From: Escherichia phage Ec_YwIITB1
Reading direction: 5' to 3' (one strand)
DNA: 64,000 nt
Sequence record: PQ356294.1
Below the pieces are notes generated by a model, which had not been told where the DNA came from, did no database searches, and worked only from the letters and a program-made list of their open reading frames with translations. The position numbers were made by a program, and so were the translations under genes. Shown here in pieces: positions 59,101 through 64,000 of this stretch (position 1 is the stretch's first letter; every line of letters begins with the position of its first letter).

Positions 59101-60055
59101 AAATCAATTTAGCGGAGAGTCAGACACAACACGTTCTACTGTATTTGAAGTTAGTGATGAAACTTCTAGTCATTTTTATTCTCAGCGTAATAAAGCTGGT
59201 AATATAACATTTAATATCAACGGTACAGTAACACCGATAAATGTGAATGCTTCAGGAACATTGAATGCGAATGGCGTTGCAACATTTGGTAATTCAGTCA
59301 CTGCAACTGGTGAAATTATTTCTCGAAGCGCAAATGCTTTCCGTGCTATTAATGGAAATTACGGTTTCATTATTCGTAATGACGGGTCAGTAACGAATTT
59401 TATGCTTACTGCATCAGGCAATCAAACTGGTGGATTTAATGGATTGCGTCCATTGTCCATTAATAATCAATCTGGGCAGGTCACAATTGGTGAAAGCTTG
59501 ATCATTGCTAAAGGTGCTACTATAAATTCAGGGGGTTTAACTGTTAACTCGAGAATTCGTTCTCAAGGTGTTAAAACATCTGATTTATATACCCGTGCGC
59601 CGACATCTGATACTGTAGGATTCTGGTCAATCGATATTAATGATTCAGCCACTTATAACCAGTTCCCGGGTTATTTTAAAATGGTTGAAAAAACTAATGA
59701 AGTTACTGGACTTCCATACTTAGAACGTGGCGAAGAAGTTAAATCTCCTGGTACATTGACTCAGTTTGGTAACACACTTGATTCACTTTACCAAGATTGG
59801 ATTACTTATCCAACGACTCCAGAAGCACGTACCACTCGCTGGACACGTACATGGCAAAAAACTAAAAACTCTTGGTCAAGTTTTGTTCAGGTATTTGATG
59901 GAGGTAACCCTCCTCAACCTTCGGATATAGGAGCAATTCCATCTGATAATGGAATAATAGGTAATCTTACTATTCGTGATTTCTTACGAATTGGTAATGT
60001 TCGCATTATTCCTGACCCAGTGAATAAAACTGTTAAATTTGAATGGGTTGAATAA
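56186..60055 (+). CDS. 34: long tail fibre proximal subunit gp34
   Basis: 1289-aa ORF; T4 homolog; late promoter upstream. Confidence 0.95.
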   Translation: MAEIKRKFRAEDGLDAGGDKIINVALADRTVGTDGVNVDYLIQENTVQQYDPTRGYLKDFVIIYNNRFWAATDNIPKPAGSFNRIRWKALRTDANWTTVSSGPYQLKSGESISVNTAAGNDITFTLPTSPIDGDTIVLQDIGGKPGVNQVLIVAPVQSIVNFRGEQVRSVLMTHPKSQIVFIFNNRLWQMYVADYSREAVVVTPASFYQAQSNDFIVRRFTSAAPINIKLPRFANHGDIINFVDLDKLNPLYHTIVTTYDETTSVQEVGTHSIEGRTSIDGFLMFDDSEKLWRLFDGDSKARLRIITTNSNIRPNEEVMVFGANNGTTQTIELQLPTNISVGDTVKISMNYMRKGQTVKIKAAGEDKIASSVQLLQFPKRSEYPPEAEWVTVQELVFNGETNYVPVLQLAYIEDSDGKYWVVQQNVPTVERVDSLNNSTRARLGVIALATQAQANVDLENSPQKELAITPETLANRTATETRRGIARIATTAQVNQNTTFSFADDLIITPKKLNERTATETRRGVAEIATQQETNTGTDDTTIITPKKLQARQGSETLSGIVTFVSTAGATPASSRELNGTNVYNKNTNNLVVSPKALDQYKATPTQQGAVILAVESEVIAGQSQEGWANAVVTPETLHKKTSTDGRIGLIEIATQSEVNTGTDYTRAVTPKTLNDRRATESLSGISEIATQVEFDAGVDDTRISTPLKIKTRFNSTDRTSVVALSGLVESGTLWDHYTLNILEANETQRGTLRVATQVEAAAGKLDNVLITPKKLLGTKSTESQEGVIKVATQSETVTGTSANTAVSPKNLKWIVQSEPTWAATPAIRGFVKTSSGSITFVGNDTAGSTQDLELYEKNSYAVSPYELNRVLANYLPLKAKAADANLLDGLDSSQFIRRDIAQTVNGSLTLTKQTNLSAPLVSSSTATFGGSVSANSTLTISNTGTATQLIFEKGPQTGTNPTQTMTVKVWGNQFSGESDTTRSTVFEVSDETSSHFYSQRNKAGNITFNINGTVTPINVNASGTLNANGVATFGNSVTATGEIISRSANAFRAINGNYGFIIRNDGSVTNFMLTASGNQTGGFNGLRPLSINNQSGQVTIGESLIIAKGATINSGGLTVNSRIRSQGVKTSDLYTRAPTSDTVGFWSIDINDSATYNQFPGYFKMVEKTNEVTGLPYLERGEEVKSPGTLTQFGNTLDSLYQDWITYPTTPEARTTRWTRTWQKTKNSWSSFVQVFDGGNPPQPSDIGAIPSDNGIIGNLTIRDFLRIGNVRIIPDPVNKTVKFEWVE

Positions 60056-60063
60056 GAGGTATT

Positions 60064-61179
60064 ATGGAAAAATTTATGGCAGAGTTTGGACAAGGATATG
60101 TCCAAACGCCATTTTTATCGGAAAGCAATTCAGTAAGATATAAAATAAGCATAGCGGGCTCTTGCCCGCTTTCTACTGCAGGGCCATATGTTAAATTTCA
60201 GGATAATCCCGTTGGAAATCAAACATTTAGTGCAGGTCTTCATTTAAGAGTTTTTAACCCTTCTACCGGAGCATTAGTTGATAGTAAGTCATATGCTTTT
60301 TCTGCTTCAAACAATACAACATCTGCCGCTTTTGTCAGTTTTATGAATTCTTTGACGAATAACAGACTTGTTGCTATATTAACTAACGGAAAGGTTAATT
60401 TTCCTCCTGAAGTGGTATCTTGGTTAAGGGGCGCAGGAACTTCAGTTTTTCCATCAGATTCAGTATTGTCAAGATTCGACGTATCATATGCTGCTTTTTA
60501 CACTTCTTCTAAAAGAGCTATTGCATTAGAGCATGTTAAACTGAGCAACAGAAAAAGCACAGATGACTATCAAACTATTTTAGATGTGGTGTTTGATAGT
60601 TTAGAAGACGTCGGAGCTACGGGATTTCCTAAAAGAACATACGAAAGTGTCGAGCAATTTATGTCAGCGGTTGGTGGAACTAACAACGAAATTGCGCGAC
60701 TGCCAACTTCAGCTGCTATAAGTAAATTATCTGACTATAATTTAATCCCTGGTGATGTTCTTTATCTTAAAGCACAGTTATATGCTGATGCTGATTTACT
60801 TGATCTTGGAACTACAAATATATCTATCCGTTTTTATAATGCATCAAATGGATATATTTCTTCGACACAGGCTGAGTTTACCGGGCAAGCTGGGTCTTGG
60901 GAATTAAAGGAAGATTATGTAGTTGTTCCTGAAAACGCTGTCGGATTTACTATATATGCGCAGAGAACTGCTCAAGCTGGTCAAGGCGGAATGAGGAATT
61001 TAAGCTTTTCTGAAGTGTCAAGAAATGGAGGTATTTCGAAACCCGCCGAATTTGGCGTCAACGGCATTCGCGTTAATTATATCTGTGAATCGGCTTCACC
61101 TCCAGATATAATGGTACTTCCTACGCAAGCCTCTTCTAAAACTGGCAAAGTGTTTGGGCAAGAATTTAGAGAAGTATAA
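60064..61179 (+). CDS. 35: long tail fibre hinge protein gp35
   Basis: 371-aa ORF; T4 homolog. Confidence 0.9.
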   Translation: MEKFMAEFGQGYVQTPFLSESNSVRYKISIAGSCPLSTAGPYVKFQDNPVGNQTFSAGLHLRVFNPSTGALVDSKSYAFSASNNTTSAAFVSFMNSLTNNRLVAILTNGKVNFPPEVVSWLRGAGTSVFPSDSVLSRFDVSYAAFYTSSKRAIALEHVKLSNRKSTDDYQTILDVVFDSLEDVGATGFPKRTYESVEQFMSAVGGTNNEIARLPTSAAISKLSDYNLIPGDVLYLKAQLYADADLLDLGTTNISIRFYNASNGYISSTQAEFTGQAGSWELKEDYVVVPENAVGFTIYAQRTAQAGQGGMRNLSFSEVSRNGGISKPAEFGVNGIRVNYICESASPPDIMVLPTQASSKTGKVFGQEFREV

Positions 61180-61184
61180 ACTGA

Positions 61185-61207
61185 GGGAGCCTTCGGGTTC
61201 CCTTTTT
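61185..61207 (+). terminator. intrinsic terminator after gene 35
   Basis: GGGAGCCTTCGGGTTCCC followed by TTTTT. Confidence 0.55.
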
Positions 61208-61210
61208 CTT

Positions 61211-61218
61211 TATAAATA
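61211..61218 (+). promoter_or_regulatory. late promoter for gene 36
   Basis: TATAAATA 24 nt before ATG 61242. Confidence 0.6.
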
Positions 61219-61241
61219 ATATTAAAATAAAGGGGCATATA

Positions 61242-61913
61242 ATGGCTGATTTAAAAGTAGGTTCAACTGTGGGTGGATCTGTCATTTGGCATCAAGGAAA
61301 TTTTCCATTGAATTCAGCCGGTGACGATGTACTCTACAAATCATTTAAAATATATTCAGAATATAATAAACCGCAGGCAGTTGATAACGATTTCGTTTCT
61401 AAAGCTAATGGCGGTACGTATTTAAATAAAGTAATTTTTAATAAAGGAATGACTGTTCCCGGTGCAGGGTCAGCTGTAAACAATACAAACCAGTGCGGTA
61501 TTTATCCAGGTAATGGCGATGCAGCTACTTTTGCTACAGCAAATATTGATATTGTTTCATGGTATGGTATTGGTTTTAAATCATCACAGGGTTCAGCAGG
61601 TAGAACTGTAGTAATTAACACGCGAAATGGAGATATTAGCTCAAAGGGTGTAATTGAAGCATCACAAATACGCGCAACTTCATTATCTCCAGTAAATAAT
61701 TATGACCTTACACGGAAAGATTATGTCGATGGAGCAATAAATATTGTTACAGCAAACGCAAACTCTAGAGTTTTGCGTAAAGGTGACACCATGACAGGTA
61801 ACTTAACAGCACCAAACTTTTTCTCGCAGAATCCTGCGTCTCAACCCTCACACGTTCCGCGATTTGACCAAATCGTGATTAAGGATTCTGTTCAAGATTT
61901 CGGCTATTATTAA
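61242..61913 (+). CDS. 36: long tail fibre distal connector gp36
   Basis: 223-aa ORF; late promoter and terminator upstream. Confidence 0.9.
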   Translation: MADLKVGSTVGGSVIWHQGNFPLNSAGDDVLYKSFKIYSEYNKPQAVDNDFVSKANGGTYLNKVIFNKGMTVPGAGSAVNNTNQCGIYPGNGDAATFATANIDIVSWYGIGFKSSQGSAGRTVVINTRNGDISSKGVIEASQIRATSLSPVNNYDLTRKDYVDGAINIVTANANSRVLRKGDTMTGNLTAPNFFSQNPASQPSHVPRFDQIVIKDSVQDFGYY

Positions 61914-61921
61914 GAGGACTT

Positions 61922-64000
61922 ATGGCTACTTTAAAACAAATACAATTTAAAAGAAGCAAAATTGCAGGTCAGCACGTCCTGCTGCTTCAGTATTAGCCGA
62001 AGGTGAATTGGGTATTAATTTAAAAGACCGTGTACTTTTTACTAAAGATGACCAAGGAAATATTATTGATCTGGGTTTTGCTAAAGGCGGTAGCATTGAC
62101 GGGAATGTTATTCATATAGGAAACTATAATCAAACTGGTGATTATACTTTAAATGGCACCTTCACTCAGACAGGTAATTTTAATTTAATCGGTATTGCTC
62201 GAGTAACTCGCGATATTATTGCCGCCGGGCAGATTATGACCGAAGGCGGAGAACTTATTACAAAAAGTTCAGGTACATCACATGTTCGTTTTTTCGATAG
62301 CAATAGCCGCGAACGCGGAATCATTTATTCACCGGCTAATGATGGATTAACTACACAAGTACTTAATATCAGGGTTCAAGACTACGCCGCTGGTAGCGAA
62401 AGCACCTATGCATTTTCAGGCAATGGCTTATTTACTTCACCTGAAGTATCAGCATGGAAATCTATGTCAACTCCTCAGATTTTGACCAACAAAGTCATTA
62501 CTAATAATAAATCTACAGGTGATTATGACATTTATTCGATGGCAGATAATGTTCCACTGTCTGAAAGCACTACTGCTATTAATCATCTCCGTGTCATGCG
62601 TAATGCAGTCGGTTCTGGCATTTTCCATGAAGTTAAAGATAATGATGGAATAACTTGGTACAGCGGAGATGGGCTAGACGCTTATCTTTGGTCATTTACA
62701 TGGAGCGGCGGAATTAAATCGAGTCACTCAATTTCTATCGGTTTAACACCTGGCAATAAAGATTATTCAATACTAGGACCATCTAGTATTGCTTTAGGGG
62801 ATAATGATACTGGATTTAAATGGCACCAGGATGGATATTATTTCAGCGTCAATAATGGAACGAAAACATTTTTATTTAGTCCTAGCGAAACAACTAGCCT
62901 AAGAAAATTTGTAGCTGGATATTCTACTAACGGAACCGATTTAACTACTCCTCCTACTGAAAACTATGCTCTCGCTACTGTTGTTACATATCATGATAAT
63001 AACGCGTTTGGAGATGGTCAGACTCTTTTGGGATATTATCAAGGCGGTAATTATCATCATTATTTCCGCGGTAAGGGTACTACAAACATTAATACTCACG
63101 GCGGTTTGTTAGTTACTCCAGGTAATATTGATGTTATTGGCGGTTCTGTTAATATAGATGGTAGAAATAATTCTTCTACACTAATGTTTAGAGGTAACAC
63201 AACTGGTAGTAGTTCAGTTGATAATATGACAATTTCCGTATGGGGTAACACGTTTACTAATCCTAGTGTAGGTAATCGTAAAAATGTCATGGAAATTTCT
63301 GACGCAACTAGTTGGATGAGCTATATTCAAAGACTTACTACCGGTGAAGTAGAAATGAACGTTAACGGTTCATTTGAATCATCTGGTGTTACTGCTGGAA
63401 ATAGAGGAGTTCACACAACAGGTGAAATTTCATCTGGGGCCGTGAATGCGCTTCGCATTTGGAACGCAGATTATGGTGCCATTTTCCGTCGTTCAGAAAA
63501 CAGTCTTCATATTATTCCAACTGCCTATGGTGAAGGCAAAAATGGCGATATCGGTCCACTTCGTCCGTTTAGTATGTCTTTAGATACAGGTAAGGTTGTT
63601 ATTCCTGACCTAGATTTGAGTCATACAACTTTTGCTGAAAATGGTTTTATTAAATTCGGTGGGCATGGTGCTGGTGCCGGTGGTTATGATATTCAATACG
63701 TCCAAGCAGCTCCTGTTTTCCAAGAAATTGATGATGACGCGGTAAGTAAATATTATCCTATTGTTAAGCAGAAATTCTTACAAGGAAAAGCTGTTTGGTC
63801 TTTAGGCACTGAAATTAATTCCGGGACTTTTGTTTTACATCATTTAAAAGAAGATGGTTCACAAGGCCATACATCAAGATTTAATGCTGACGGTACAGTT
63901 AATTTCCCTGATAATGTTCAGGTTGGCGGTGGTGAAGCTACTATTGCTCGAAATGGTAATATCTGGTCTGATATTTGGAAATCGTTTACTTCAGCAGGAG
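61922..64000 (+). CDS. 37: long tail fibre distal subunit gp37, N-terminal ~690 codons (3' end outside window); frameshifted near 61967-61980
   Basis: ATG 61922 reads MATLKQIQFKRSKIAG then stops at 61994; frame -1 continues ARPAASVLAEGELGINLKD... open to window end. Confidence 0.85.

Overview
The window is a contiguous ~64 kb segment of a T4-like (T-even, Tevenvirinae-type) myovirus genome, collinear with phage T4 from gene 13 to gene 37. All identifications rest on reading the six-frame translations against remembered T4 proteins and gene order; nothing was database-checked. Gene content in order: neck (13, 14, 15), terminase (16, 17), tail sheath and tube (18, 19), portal (20), prohead core, protease and scaffold (67, 68, 21, 22), major capsid (23), vertex (24), rnlB, hoc, inh, uvsW, uvsY, baseplate hub and tape measure (25, 26, 51, 27, 28, 29, 48, 54), two Alt-type ADP-ribosyltransferases, DNA ligase (30) with its small early genes, rIII, 31, cd, pseT, a spanin pair, alc, rnlA, denA, nrdB, nrdA, td, frd, 32, 59, 33, dsbA, rnh, and long tail fibre genes 34-37 (37 runs off the window end). 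Regulatory punctuation is T4-typical: TATAAATA late promoters, MotA-box middle promoters, sigma70-like early promoters, GC-rich tetraloop hairpins and the gene 32 pseudoknot operator. Differences from reference T4 as I recall it: an HNH endonuclease gene between 18 and 19; intron-less td and nrdB with no mobE; no segE between inh and uvsW; an extra Ig-like domain in hoc; a small ORF between frd and td; a ~310 bp ORF-free structured region next to rIII; and a near-identical ~53 bp early promoter-leader cassette at two loci. Six genes (23, hoc, nrdB, frd, an frd.3-like ORF, 37) have their reading frames broken by apparent 1-nt indels, which most likely indicates sequence errors but needs read-level confirmation. 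I did not find a clearly novel multi-gene system; the most distinctive candidates are the ORF-free structured region, the duplicated promoter cassette and the Alt pair with a NADAR-like gene.
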